From the sequence record OM718002.1: a stretch of DNA of 64,000 nt; one strand, written 5' to 3'. Below, piece by piece: positions 1 to 10,779 of this stretch. Each line of letters starts with the position of its first letter. The first letter of the stretch is position 1. The translations under genes were made by a program, and so were the position numbers. The notes under the pieces were generated by a model, which saw only the letters and a list, made by a program, of their open reading frames with translations, ran no database searches and was not told where the DNA came from.

Positions 1-342
1 ATCCTATTTCTAGGACCGGCGCACCTGATACCGTAATAGTCGTTGAACCTTCTCCTATTCCTAAATGGAATGTTACGGAGCTTGGCTGCTGATTGTCCCT
101 ACCTAATCTTTTTCAAACCTTGGCTTTGTCTTTCGACTCGCAGTGGTAGATTAGTTTAACAGGATATCCCAGCAATTAGAGAGAACTCATCCCAATGATT
201 ACTCATTGGGGGAACTAGACTTGATTAACTTAATAAGGTATTTATCAAGCGCTCCATTCTTTTTTAAATGAAGTCGGATCAAAGACGGACACTACTCCGT
301 TTTGTTCCATTGTTTTTACCTTATTTGGTTATTTACTTGTCC
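1..342 (-). ncRNA. Second group I intron in the nvRNAP beta'-like gene (5' part only; 3' end lies beyond the window edge)
   Basis: The minus strand carries group I core elements P (AATTGCTGGGA, 167-177), Q (AATCAGCAGCC, 84-94) and R (GTTCAACGACTA, 37-48), plus the hairpin CCCAATGA/TCATTGGG. It begins right after exon codons ...LKAPN, where the (N)ADFDGD motif is expected. The exact 5' splice position is inferred. Confidence 0.85.
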
Positions 343-450
343 ATTAGGCGCTTTAAGGCATAATACTGACATGCTGATTGAATTATCATTAATGTCATCT
401 TTTACTTTAGTAATAAAGAATTGCTGAGTAGATCCACGTTGAAGAGTCGG
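343..450 (-). CDS. nvRNAP beta'-like subunit, internal exon 2 (36 aa: PTLQRGSTQQFFITKVKDDINDNSISMSVLCLKAPN)
   Basis: In frame with exon 1 after splicing. It gives HRN|PTLQR, matching the beta' NRxPTLHR region, and ends at APN just before the expected catalytic ADFDGD. Not in the ORF track. Confidence 0.88.
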
Positions 451-1644
451 CGTTGTGTTCAGATAAGTTCGTTAAGCTTATCCCGTCTATTAATAATAGA
501 CAGCTGCATGTCGCCATGCAGACCAGACTATATCTTCACCTTTGGCATTACCCAGTAAGGTGCTCCCTATTTCGAGTCACTTGACTCTACTCTACTCGGT
601 TCACTTTCGTGCCTTTCGATAGTCGTTGAACGTTCCTATTATTTCTAATAGGCTTCGCTGCTGATTGTCTCAGTGAGATGTTCCAGCAATTAAAGGAGTT
701 TTGTCGAGTAATATTTCTATTACAAGGAAACCATTGGTTAGGGTCACTTACGGCTCTTGGTGGCGCACCGTAGTGTTTTAAGCATTTGATAACGATTGTA
801 TTTCTCAATAGATTCATCTATCTCAGATTGGGTGAGTTTAGAAACGTATTCGAATAACCGTTCCTTATCCTCGACCTTACAGACAACTACTCCATTAAAA
901 ACTCGAAGATCGCGTTTCTTCAGGATATCTTGAATAGTACCTTTAATCAATCCTGTTTTTAATTGGAGATCAGTAAGGTTTACTGCTCGATAGAATGTAC
1001 CTGTTTTAAAATCAATGCAATAAACTTCAATTGCATTCTTTCTTTGTTGCGGGTGGTATTCACCCGTTACCTCAAAAATATAACGTCCGTTATATGGTTT
1101 TTCAGTGTGTGCAAGAACTACATGTAAACCTTTCTTATGTTTCAGTTCAAGGAATTCTGCAACTTCTTTCATTGAGATGAAGTTCCATACTTCCTTAGTT
1201 ATTACATCTGTACATTTTACAGAAAGGGCATGTTTATTCGCACCTGTTATAAAAGCATGTTTGACATTACCACTATGTGTTATCCATTCCAGATTACGAT
1301 AATAGTTATTATGCTTATTCGTATCTTTATGGTTTACATCCCAATCATCAGGATTATCTGGCAATCCATTAAATGCCATACATACAAATCTATGTGGATA
1401 TCTTATCTTTCTCTCGCCTTTATCGTTAATGATGTTAACAGTCAAGTATGTACCTTTAGATGATTTATTCTCATGTTGTGAGATAATATCATGGTTTAAG
1501 TTACGTACTATACCGAACTGGTTAATTTCATAACGACTAAAACCAGGTATTTTTCGCCAGTCTAATTCTTCATCCATATTTCCTCACTGTTAGTGACATC
1601 AGGCGCCACACCCTAGTCAAATGCTTTTTTTCCTAACTAAATTA
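451..1644 (-). mobile_element. Group I intron 1 carrying a homing endonuclease (mobile intron)
   Basis: Starts TAATTT after a U (AAT|TAA) and ends in G (ACAACG|CCG). Core elements: P AATTGCTGGAA 681-691, Q AATCAGCAG 658-666, R GTTCAACGACTA 620-631, S AAGATATAGTCT 525-536. Confidence 0.92.
744..1577 (-). CDS. Intron-encoded NUMOD4-HNH homing endonuclease (phiKZ gp56-like)
   Basis: N-terminal WRKIPGFSRYEINQFGIVRN (NUMOD4-like); HRFVCMAF...VNHKDTNKHNNYYRNLEWITHSGNVKHA (HNH); SD GAGGA. Confidence 0.92.
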   Translation of the reverse strand: MDEELDWRKIPGFSRYEINQFGIVRNLNHDIISQHENKSSKGTYLTVNIINDKGERKIRYPHRFVCMAFNGLPDNPDDWDVNHKDTNKHNNYYRNLEWITHSGNVKHAFITGANKHALSVKCTDVITKEVWNFISMKEVAEFLELKHKKGLHVVLAHTEKPYNGRYIFEVTGEYHPQQRKNAIEVYCIDFKTGTFYRAVNLTDLQLKTGLIKGTIQDILKKRDLRVFNGVVVCKVEDKERLFEYVSKLTQSEIDESIEKYNRYQMLKTLRCATKSRK

Positions 1645-2781
1645 ATTTCGGTGAAAAGTACAACCCATCCCTTTATAAGGGGCTGCTTCTGCAATTAGCT
1701 CTTTAAATAGATCTGCAATGATTTGGTTATATTGAAGTACATTCTCATATACAAATGAGAATGCTTCACGAGTTGTCATGTTAAACTTTGCTTTTAGTTT
1801 ATTGGTTAGATGATACTTTAATAATTGACAACCTACTCCCCACGGAATATGTAATTCATCATAATCATGCGGATCACTAATAGAAGTGATTACTGCACGT
1901 GCCGTAGCGTTGAGACGAGCACCAAACATGTGACGCCGAGCAAGACCAGGCTTTTGAGCAATTCGTGATTTTGCGTAGATCTCGTAGAACTGGCCATATA
2001 GTCTTAGTCCTCGCATAGTCCTATTCTGAGCTTTAATTGGACTAAGTGGTACAGATGATGCATCAATACTAGCGAAGGTTAAGGTAGCATCAATTGCTGC
2101 TTCAATTGGTTTATCTAAGTAAGTACCAGATGTGGTTGATTCTGCTACGAAACAGAGTTTAGAAGGAACTGGTAAATATTTAGGGAATAACTTATCTTTA
2201 TTCTGAGCAACGAATTGAGCGAATTCGGATTTATTATTAGAAATAATATTTGCATCTAGTAGGAATTGGAAGATCTCATTGAAATTATCAATGAAGTGAT
2301 TTAATCCTCTTTCAAATCCTCGATGCAGTAGCCTATCTACTTTTCTGCGTGTTTCTTTAGAACCAATAGATTCCACATCGTATCGATAAGAAGTATCAGT
2401 TAGATATGCTAAGAAATCGAATTCTTTAGTTACTAGATATCCGGTTAGCATAATGATTAAACGTGGGTTAATTAGACTACGTACATGTTTTGGTGTACGA
2501 ACCCACATTGATGGTTCGATAGGGCGGCTAGAAGTATTGACAACTGGAGTATTACAAATATCACAGATTACTCCGAGTTTATGTGCGTCTTCGATTGCTC
2601 GACAATCACAACTTACGCTACTTTCAATTGCTTCTGAATCTTGGAAATGAGAATAGAAATGCCTATCAAATTCTTCTTTCTCATCTGAGTTACTCGTATT
2701 GTAATCATTGGCATAAATACGTTTACCCGTAAATTGATCATGTACTTCATCATGATCAACAACTTTGGCATAAAGACCCAT
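1645..2781 (-). CDS. Non-virion RNA polymerase beta'-like N-terminal subunit, exon 1 (phiKZ gp55-like)
   Basis: Zn-finger CDC...CDICN; GLARRHMFGARLNATARAVI matches the beta' FRxNLLGKRVDxSGRSVI region; the ORF stops at the intron 5' end; adjacent to chmA. Confidence 0.92.
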
Positions 2782-2806
2782 ACCAAACTCCTATTTATCG
2801 ATTAAC

Positions 2807-2849
2807 AAAAAAAGGAGATATAAGCGGCCCCCGAAGGAGCCGCTATATC
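2807..2849 (-). terminator. Intrinsic terminator after chmA and the structured RNA
   Basis: GATATAGCGGCTCC-TTCG-GGGGCCGCTTATATC followed by a U-run on the minus strand. Confidence 0.85.
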
Positions 2850-2850
2850 A

Positions 2851-3175
2851 GTTTTTACAATGGACCACCAACGGAGCCTGGCCCGAGCCTAGCGTCATCT
2901 ACAAAGCTTAACCTCCGCTCTTCTTTGTAGCATACCGGCACTAGTCTCATTTACCATCCATTGTAGTTTTTGATCACACGTTACCTTTTGAGTAACTCCT
3001 TTCGGTTAAGTGATCTATCATCCTCGTGTAGTGATAGGTCGACCTAGACTAAGTCCACTAGTCGATTACTTCACGGAACCTACTCCTAACCGTTATCACC
3101 GAAGTGAACCAGGGTCGCAGTATTAGAATCGGGATGTTACTTATTTAACATCCCTATCTACCGAGGTATTTCCTA
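2851..3175 (-). ncRNA. Putative structured non-coding RNA / chmA 3' UTR element, family unknown
   Basis: No ORF of 60 aa or more; about 45% GC by hand count; at least 6 helices, UUCG and GAAA tetraloops, A-rich linkers. Confidence 0.6.
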
Positions 3176-5056
3176 TTAGTACCAGGTACCCGGTGCATTA
3201 TAGGAAGGAGCGCCGTAAGTTTGACCCATGCTGCCAGCCATGCCAACTTGTGCACTACCAGAAACAGCCATGTTACCCATACCGGTGTAACCAGCGAAGC
3301 GCTGTTGACCGAAGTTGGTAATTAGGTTTTCCATGGTTACAGTTACACCAGCTGCTGCTGCTGCGGCATCCATTGCGGTGATGAATTTCGGGTTAAAGGT
3401 TAGACGACGAGCACGACCAGTATAGGTAACGTTACCTAGGTACATCTTGTCGAAGCCTTTACTGTTATTCATACGACGCACAATGTGGTCATTACCTACT
3501 TGAGTAGCATACCAGGTCTTCCACTCTTGATCGTTACCTTCAGACATGTTCATGGCACCTAGAACGTCAAGATCACGACGGTCACTTAGTTCGCCATGCT
3601 CATCAGTGTAGTGACCGAGGTCTACTTCATGATGGTTGTCAAAGATGATCGGACCAGCTTCAGCTAGGTTATAGAACTGACGGAAATCAGTGCCATATAG
3701 GTTAGTTAGAGCTTGGAAGATCAGGCTAACTGCACGAGCTTGGTTTACGCCACCAGCTGCATCTAGGACTACTTGCTCAAGAGCAGAGTTGTCACCCATC
3801 GGATCGATATCGATCTGGAATGCAGGGTTCTGGTTAACCATCTTGTTCATTAGCATTACGAAGTTGCTGTCGTCTGCCATGAATGCTTCGGTGCGAGTTT
3901 CAATCGCTTTACCTAGCTCTGAGTAATAACCAAGTGCACCAATATCACGCATCTTGCTGGTAGCGATCTTCGGCATTAGGGTACGAGCCCATGCCTGGGA
4001 TGCAGTTGCACGATACGCATTACCAAGTGCGAACAGCCACATTTCTAGAGTCCATGCTTGGATCCAGGAAGCCTTACGAACGTCAGTGATAACGATGTAA
4101 GGAGTGAACTGCGGAGGTAGAACTGCACCAGGTAGAGTTACGCCGAACATACCTTGTTGCTGGCCAGTGGTCGGAGTCCAATGTAGGTCTACGAATAGAC
4201 TAACTTGGTTTAGCTGGCTATCGGTATCATAGAACTCGTTCTCAGGTACGTTGGTTTTCTTACCACGGCTAGTGGAGATAACCAGGTCAGAACGAATCGG
4301 ATTACCGCAGCTATCTTTAACCGGAATACCATTGTAGTCTAGGTTGCAGGTAAGCTGTTCGTTTTCTGCTTTGATGTGGGTCGCAATAGAGAACGGAGTC
4401 TCATTGTTACGACGTGCGATAGCATCTTCACAGATATTAACAGATTCAACTAGTAGGTTCTTAACAGCTAGTTCATCTTTGAAGTCGAAGTCAGCATACA
4501 CTGCACGGGGACCGGCAGATAGTACTTCTAGACCAGGGATGTTGTAACGGTTCCGTAGGAATTCGCCGATCTTGCTCCAGTATTGAGCAGTGAATACATC
4601 ACGCGGTAGTACCTTCTCTTCAATGATGTCATCAGTTAGACCATTGTTGATCTTGTGGGTACGGGGACGGATGCGAGTACCAGGTAGGTTATCGAGTACT
4701 AGAGTACGAACGAATGCCTTCATGGAACCATTGATATCTTTAGCTAGTTTAACAATTAGTAGACCAGCCATACCAACTTGTTGCGCATCGCGATCGAAAC
4801 GATGGATATCGAAATCATCAGGTAGGTCCTGATGGCGGATTGCTTCTTCTTTTACTTTAGTGAATACTTGTAGGGCATCTGCTGAACGAGCATCAGAACC
4901 ATCTAGCCGCCCAGAGCGACGCATTAGATGGTTAATGCCAGTAGTTGACCCAGGTGCGCCAGCAGGACGTTGAGCTTGACGCTGTGCAGTGGGTTGCGGA
5001 GCCGGAGTGGTAGCTTGAGTTTGAACGGTGCCGATTTCGTTTTCGTTAACAGCCAT
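3176..5056 (-). CDS. chmA: Chimallin, major phage-nucleus shell protein (phiKZ gp54-like)
   Basis: 626 aa; low-complexity Q/A/P N-terminus; recognisable phiKZ gp54 sequence; canonical position next to the nvRNAP beta' gene. Confidence 0.93.
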   Translation of the reverse strand: MAVNENEIGTVQTQATTPAPQPTAQRQAQRPAGAPGSTTGINHLMRRSGRLDGSDARSADALQVFTKVKEEAIRHQDLPDDFDIHRFDRDAQQVGMAGLLIVKLAKDINGSMKAFVRTLVLDNLPGTRIRPRTHKINNGLTDDIIEEKVLPRDVFTAQYWSKIGEFLRNRYNIPGLEVLSAGPRAVYADFDFKDELAVKNLLVESVNICEDAIARRNNETPFSIATHIKAENEQLTCNLDYNGIPVKDSCGNPIRSDLVISTSRGKKTNVPENEFYDTDSQLNQVSLFVDLHWTPTTGQQQGMFGVTLPGAVLPPQFTPYIVITDVRKASWIQAWTLEMWLFALGNAYRATASQAWARTLMPKIATSKMRDIGALGYYSELGKAIETRTEAFMADDSNFVMLMNKMVNQNPAFQIDIDPMGDNSALEQVVLDAAGGVNQARAVSLIFQALTNLYGTDFRQFYNLAEAGPIIFDNHHEVDLGHYTDEHGELSDRRDLDVLGAMNMSEGNDQEWKTWYATQVGNDHIVRRMNNSKGFDKMYLGNVTYTGRARRLTFNPKFITAMDAAAAAAGVTVTMENLITNFGQQRFAGYTGMGNMAVSGSAQVGMAGSMGQTYGAPSYNAPGTWY

Positions 5057-5128
5057 TTTAAATACCTTTACGATTATGGTTTCTTGATCAAGAAGAACCT
5101 AAGTACTTAGTATACTAGATTCAATTTA

Positions 5129-5136
5129 GTAATATA
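5129..5136 (-). promoter_or_regulatory. Early (virion RNAP) promoter core TATATTAC upstream of chmA
   Basis: TATATTAC on the minus strand, 73 nt upstream of the ATG; matches the phiKZ early consensus. Confidence 0.75.
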
Positions 5137-5209
5137 AATCTCAAATTTTTTTCATTACAACATAGACGCTATAATCTGCTATCAGCAGATCGTAACGAAC
5201 ACTATGTTC

Positions 5210-5244
5210 ACTACATATTATTACAATCTGAGTATTATTTATTT
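5210..5244 (-). promoter_or_regulatory. Middle/late-type promoter AAATAATAC-N14-TATG upstream of chmA
   Basis: Exact 35-bp reverse-complement identity with 61294-61328. Confidence 0.7.
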
Positions 5245-5367
5245 TTCATCTTACAATTTCCATATCTTCTTTTTTGAGTTTATGGGTATAAAGTTTGAAT
5301 CCAGAAACTAATTTACGTCAGTCCTGTATTAAATAATAACTATCAGTATTTTTATAAAATGCAGTTA

Positions 5368-5733
5368 TCATTTACTTCGCATATACTTACGAACTGTTCC
5401 AAAAAGAGAATGATACAGTTTGTATAGTTTACTAACTGGATCAACTTTATTATTATCAGTTGTATCAAATTTAGCAATAAATGGTGAATGTGCCGAAGCA
5501 GATGTTTCATTTACTTTAACTACACTACCAAATCGATATGCGACTAATACCTTTATTAATTCCTCATGGAGTTTAGTAGCAGTCGCTAATGGATTGGGAT
5601 CATTAGGATCTATCTTAATCCTACGCTCGACATTGAAAAAGTTTACTACAATTTCTTTGCTAGTCATGTATACAGTAAGATCTTTGTTATTACCTAAATA
5701 TAGTGGCGGATCTTCAACATTATTTTTAGCCAT
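5368..5733 (-). CDS. Hypothetical protein (gp53-like)
   Basis: 121-aa ORF with SD AGGA; position. Confidence 0.75.
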   Translation of the reverse strand: MAKNNVEDPPLYLGNNKDLTVYMTSKEIVVNFFNVERRIKIDPNDPNPLATATKLHEELIKVLVAYRFGSVVKVNETSASAHSPFIAKFDTTDNNKVDPVSKLYKLYHSLFGTVRKYMRSK

Positions 5734-5814
5734 TGTATATTCCTATTTGTAATTACTACTGTTGTTACCAAACTATGATATAGATCTCAATTAATTTTTA
5801 ATCGGATAATAACC

Positions 5815-6906
5815 ATGTATAATTTATTTAAGAATGCTCCGTCACGTAAATTGGGGCAGGTGGTTGATCCTAACATCCATTATATCCGACGAATCTACGC
5901 TGAGCAAATTAGGGACGTTAAAAGTTATTATAGACGGGCACCGAAGTATGTTGAATCTAAAAACATATTAGCACAAATGATTCGACATTTTAACGTAGAG
6001 TTACTAAGTGATGATGCTACTTTTATAAAGAACGTGGACGATCGTTCACGTGCTATTATTCGTTCATTTGGTATTACATCATCTTTAAATAAAGGTAAGG
6101 TTCATGTAGGTGGTGTTACACTTGGTCCTCAAACTGAAGAAGTTCTAGTATCCACATCAGAGAGCTTTGATCTAAAAGATCTAAATAAAACATGGTATAA
6201 ACTTTCCCCTGTTACGTATCTGTATCATACACGTACTGATACTAATTTACCTATCATGAACAATACCACACAGGGTAGAGGCTATGGTGTAACTCTAGTA
6301 AATATACCAATGCTTCTTGTGATGTACCGTTACTGGTATCGATGGCAAGTTGAGAAGAATCCTGATGAAGTAGAAGACACTTATAGGTTTATAGGATCAT
6401 TTGTATTGCCAAATATGGTTGACTCTTATTTAGATATTTCTTTCTTTAATAGGTTAGCAAGGAATGCTTTAGATATTAAAAATCCAACATTCCCTATACC
6501 GCATCCATTTTACATCACTGATATGAATCCACGTATTGATAAACTATGTACAACTATCAATAGAGAATCCATATTAAAAGGTGTAGACATGGAAGGTTTA
6601 TCATGGATAACACCAGCTATCGTACAATCTAATTTGTTCGATATGATGCGGCTCCCACGAGAACCTATTAACAGGAATAATGAATGGGCTTATGTATTGG
6701 CTCGCACACCCTTCATTAAGTATCTTGTAGGGCAGCTTTTAAAGAATACTGGTTATGATCAATCTTCTGTTAACACTGTATTAATTGATCTTATAGAAGC
6801 ATCTAATGATCAAGCATTTAAGCAACAAGCAAATAGTGAGTTTGTAAAAGCTCAACAGGCACAAGTTGATTGGATGATAGATGCACTTAAAAGAAAAGAA
6901 ATGTGA
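5815..6906 (+). CDS. Conserved jumbo-phage protein (gp52-like, probably virion-associated)
   Basis: 363 aa; TAC-N14-TATG promoter at 5757-5777; convergent terminator at 6911-6936. Confidence 0.8.
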   Translation: MYNLFKNAPSRKLGQVVDPNIHYIRRIYAEQIRDVKSYYRRAPKYVESKNILAQMIRHFNVELLSDDATFIKNVDDRSRAIIRSFGITSSLNKGKVHVGGVTLGPQTEEVLVSTSESFDLKDLNKTWYKLSPVTYLYHTRTDTNLPIMNNTTQGRGYGVTLVNIPMLLVMYRYWYRWQVEKNPDEVEDTYRFIGSFVLPNMVDSYLDISFFNRLARNALDIKNPTFPIPHPFYITDMNPRIDKLCTTINRESILKGVDMEGLSWITPAIVQSNLFDMMRLPREPINRNNEWAYVLARTPFIKYLVGQLLKNTGYDQSSVNTVLIDLIEASNDQAFKQQANSEFVKAQQAQVDWMIDALKRKEM

Positions 6907-6949
6907 CATAAACCCCCTCCTAAATTGGAGGGGGTTATATGCCGTTTTA

Positions 6950-7672
6950 TTAGAAATTACCTTTCTTCATTTTAGAAAGTAATTTTCTACGTTCAGCTCG
7001 GTTAATTCCTGGGATAGCTGGTAATAGCATTTTATTACTAAACTTACCTGGCTTGCGGTCATGATTTAGTAATTGATCAACTACAGCTTGGTCACTGCTT
7101 TTAACTCCATTATCCATTTCATCTAATGGGTCCATAATAGCTTTAGCAGTCAATCTTAGATGAGTAACTAGTTCATCAAATGAACTATCGGTATTAATAA
7201 GTTGTTTATCAACACCTTCTTTAAGAGCTTGTTTAATAGTTACGTCTTTTACCAGGATATTATCACATTCCCAAAGAGTTGTATGATGGGTATTTAGCAT
7301 TAATTCAAGTGAGACATTATTGTAATCGTTGTCAGCACTTGAGTGCCAATTGAATTCATCAATATAGTCATTTAGACTCATTAACTTTGGTGGTTCGTTA
7401 CTAGAGGTAATTAAACCAATTGGTTGAACATCATCTAGTGAACTTTTATCACTAGTAATTGCAGTTGTTTCAGTAGTAACATCAACTTCTTTTAATTCGT
7501 TGGTATAAGTTACATATACTAATTCTTCACTACCGTCATCCAAAAGAACATAGGCTGTTGCTTTGGTGGAATCATCAGGTGCTAATCCATGGATCCTAAT
7601 ACGATTATCATTTACTAATTTACTATAATCATTCCAGGTAATTACGCGGACTTCTTTATTCTCTTTCATCAT
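6950..7672 (-). CDS. Hypothetical protein (gp51-like)
   Basis: 240-aa ORF with a basic NRAERR tail. Confidence 0.75.
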   Translation of the reverse strand: MMKENKEVRVITWNDYSKLVNDNRIRIHGLAPDDSTKATAYVLLDDGSEELVYVTYTNELKEVDVTTETTAITSDKSSLDDVQPIGLITSSNEPPKLMSLNDYIDEFNWHSSADNDYNNVSLELMLNTHHTTLWECDNILVKDVTIKQALKEGVDKQLINTDSSFDELVTHLRLTAKAIMDPLDEMDNGVKSSDQAVVDQLLNHDRKPGKFSNKMLLPAIPGINRAERRKLLSKMKKGNF

Positions 7673-7865
7673 TAGTTACCTCTTTTAATTTGTCTTTAAT
7701 ATAACTTCGGATAAATGCTCGTTTTTCTTCACGAGTTAACCCAGGTGGAGCGGTTGGTAATGTGATAGTACCACTGTTAATTGCCTTCTTCATCCGATCT
7801 AAGTCAAAATTAAATTCGGTATGATTTGTCATTATATTGAACCATATTAAGTTAGTAATTGGCAA
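7656..7865 (-). CDS. Small hypothetical protein
   Basis: ORF overlapping the next start; promoter-like AAGATTTATATAG upstream. The true start may be the second Met. Confidence 0.55.
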   Translation of the reverse strand: MPITNLIWFNIMTNHTEFNFDLDRMKKAINSGTITLPTAPPGLTREEKRAFIRSYIKDKLKEVTNDERE

Positions 7866-7930
7866 TCAGACTATATAAATCTTAATTATTTTTTAGTATA
7901 TAAGCCTCCCACTAGGGGAGGCTATATTTC

Positions 7931-10126
7931 TTAATAGAAGTCAGAGATGAGTCGATCGTTATTTTTATCAATAAGGAAAATACCTAGGGACTCTAAGGTT
8001 AGATAGAATACACCCATAGTGTTTCCAATGATAGTTCTAACGTCAGCAACACGCGTAATAACTTCTGGAATACGACCAGTTTCTACTACTGTACTCGGGA
8101 TATGGAAATCACCAATACTGGTTTTATTTTCTTCAGTAACCCATGCTTGAATACGAGCAGCTAATTTCTTATCTTCGATACCATCAATCCATTCTTTGAT
8201 CGCAGTTTTATTATTAAGAGTAACTGAGATCTTTACATGTGAATAAGGTGGATCACCAGCGTCACCAAATGATGGAGCAAATACAGTCTTCCACACTAAT
8301 CCCTTTTTATGGGTTGAGTTATCTTCAGATTTATAAGACTCAGGTCGTTTAGTTTGACCACTTGTCAGATACTCAGCTTTACCACTTCTAACAGACTCAA
8401 TAATTTCTCTTTCGATATCACCAACTTCTTTTAGAATTGAAGCCAAGTCGATTTTCTCTTCAGTCTTTACAGTTTTAATGATATCTTCCATGAGTGTTTT
8501 AGCACGACTATTAATCTTCTTAGGTACTTTACTATCCCTTAGTCCTACACCCTTGATCTCCATTCGTGACTCATTAAACATTACCCCTTCTTGGGCATCC
8601 TGTGATGCAAAGTAATGTTTAGAACGAGTAGTTAAGGCCAGTACTGCGAAATAATATTCGTTCTTCATTGCAAATAGACGAAGCTTATCTTTAGATACAC
8701 CCATATTAGCGGATTGAATCGCCAAGATATGCATAACTACTTCAGACACTAGAAACACTAGTGCGAATACTAGTCGCTTAGCTTCATTGCTAAAAGTTAC
8801 TTTACCAAAGAATTCCTCAACCCACCATTGTAATGTAAACATAGTGGAGTCAGTATCTGAAATAACAGCAGCTCGTCTATACACAGTTGGAAAAGCATGA
8901 ATGCTTGATGGTACACATTTAGTCAAGAAGAAAGCTTCAATCAATAGACGATATTCATTAAGAGTTTCAGCGATATTTCGACCAGTGGCATAAACTTGGT
9001 TTAATGTATCTGGATCTGACTCTTTTAGTTTAGCTTTAGATCGACCTTTAACAGTATCAAAGCAAATAAAGCTAGCCAATAGATCCATATCACCATCATA
9101 AGTTGAATATTCTTCTTCAGTGATGATTTGTTCTTTTGTTCCAACCTGGCTTAATTTAATTAGAAAGCTCTTGATTAATTCTTTATTGTATTTATATAAG
9201 TGATATAGATCACCTACGTACATAACTGCTGCTCGTTCGACTGGTGTCATCCCAGTAGCTAGTTTTAAAATCTGCGCCGTGTAGTACTTATTTTGCCAAT
9301 AGTGTTTAGTTGAATAAAGAACCATATCAACTACTTCTTCTGGCGTTGGGCAATGTAGATTAAAATTAGTTACTGCTTTTTGAATTAACTCCATATCAGC
9401 TACATTAATAATATTTACTAAATTAGCTTTTGTGATTTCTGGAGTATAATAATGCCTATTACCCATAATGAATTTTTCATTATTTGAGTTAGCATAAGAG
9501 GTACCAGTTCTACAGGTAGATGTTAAACTAGAGTGTGTGGACTTATAATAAAGAATAGTGGCAGCAGATACAGTACCGCCTGAATATGAGTTATTGTTAA
9601 TTTTGAAGTTTTCTTGCTCACCTTTACGTACTTGTGCAAGTTCTGTTTTAATTTGTGAATTCTCTTTGTCACCGGCTTGTAGGAAAGCAGCTGCTTCACG
9701 TTCAGCCTGCATCTGCTCACCTTTAACACGCTTACGGTTTTTCACACCTTCAGCAATATAGATGGAGTGCGTAGACTGTCTAACAGACTCTGGTAAATAT
9801 GCAGTCATTGATGGAGATAATAATAGATTCTGTTTCTTAACACGATTAAGGAAAGCCATAAATGAAACAGTCTTTAATTCCCTATCGCCAAACTTATTTT
9901 TATCTAGAATAGTTGCCATCGGATTACGAAGTGCATATTCACCATCTTGGCGTAATTGCTCTTTAACAAATTCTTTACATTCTTCTAAACTAATATTTAA
10001 TTCATCTTTTGTCATTAATTGAAGATATTTGGCATTATCATCAAGACATGCATTAATGATGTCAATATCACGATGGTAATCATTGACATCTTTTAAAAAC
10101 GGATTTGGTTGTGCAAATGCTGTCAT
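7931..10126 (-). CDS. Family B DNA polymerase, polymerase-domain subunit of a split enzyme (phiKZ gp50-like)
   Basis: Motif B KINNNSYSG, motif C ISDTDS, MKNEY, EIKGV. No exonuclease motifs or motif A seen, consistent with the known split phiKZ polymerase. Confidence 0.9.
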   Translation of the reverse strand: MTAFAQPNPFLKDVNDYHRDIDIINACLDDNAKYLQLMTKDELNISLEECKEFVKEQLRQDGEYALRNPMATILDKNKFGDRELKTVSFMAFLNRVKKQNLLLSPSMTAYLPESVRQSTHSIYIAEGVKNRKRVKGEQMQAEREAAAFLQAGDKENSQIKTELAQVRKGEQENFKINNNSYSGGTVSAATILYYKSTHSSLTSTCRTGTSYANSNNEKFIMGNRHYYTPEITKANLVNIINVADMELIQKAVTNFNLHCPTPEEVVDMVLYSTKHYWQNKYYTAQILKLATGMTPVERAAVMYVGDLYHLYKYNKELIKSFLIKLSQVGTKEQIITEEEYSTYDGDMDLLASFICFDTVKGRSKAKLKESDPDTLNQVYATGRNIAETLNEYRLLIEAFFLTKCVPSSIHAFPTVYRRAAVISDTDSTMFTLQWWVEEFFGKVTFSNEAKRLVFALVFLVSEVVMHILAIQSANMGVSKDKLRLFAMKNEYYFAVLALTTRSKHYFASQDAQEGVMFNESRMEIKGVGLRDSKVPKKINSRAKTLMEDIIKTVKTEEKIDLASILKEVGDIEREIIESVRSGKAEYLTSGQTKRPESYKSEDNSTHKKGLVWKTVFAPSFGDAGDPPYSHVKISVTLNNKTAIKEWIDGIEDKKLAARIQAWVTEENKTSIGDFHIPSTVVETGRIPEVITRVADVRTIIGNTMGVFYLTLESLGIFLIDKNNDRLISDFY

Positions 10127-10328
10127 TTCACATATCTCTCAGTATACTTATTTTTTAATTATAGTGAATGATATCTCTCCTTTTAACCAAAAAAAGAAAA
10201 GGAAAGAATGGGTACCCTATACGGGTACCCTAAATTGAGAGGTAGCACATCAACTTACATTCACATTAGATGATGTAAGTAAGTAAAAATAAAACAACAT
10301 AAAAGGAGCCATAATGGCTCCTTTATAG

Positions 10329-10754
<426 letters not shown>

Positions 10755-10779
10755 CTAAAATAGTTGGTTACATAGGGTA

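Noticed and set aside
587-817. 76-aa ORF on the minus strand
   Set aside because: It overlaps the group I intron catalytic core (P, Q, R), so it is a chance ORF.
3690-4832. Plus-strand ORFs within chmA
   Set aside because: Antisense shadows of a highly biased coding sequence.
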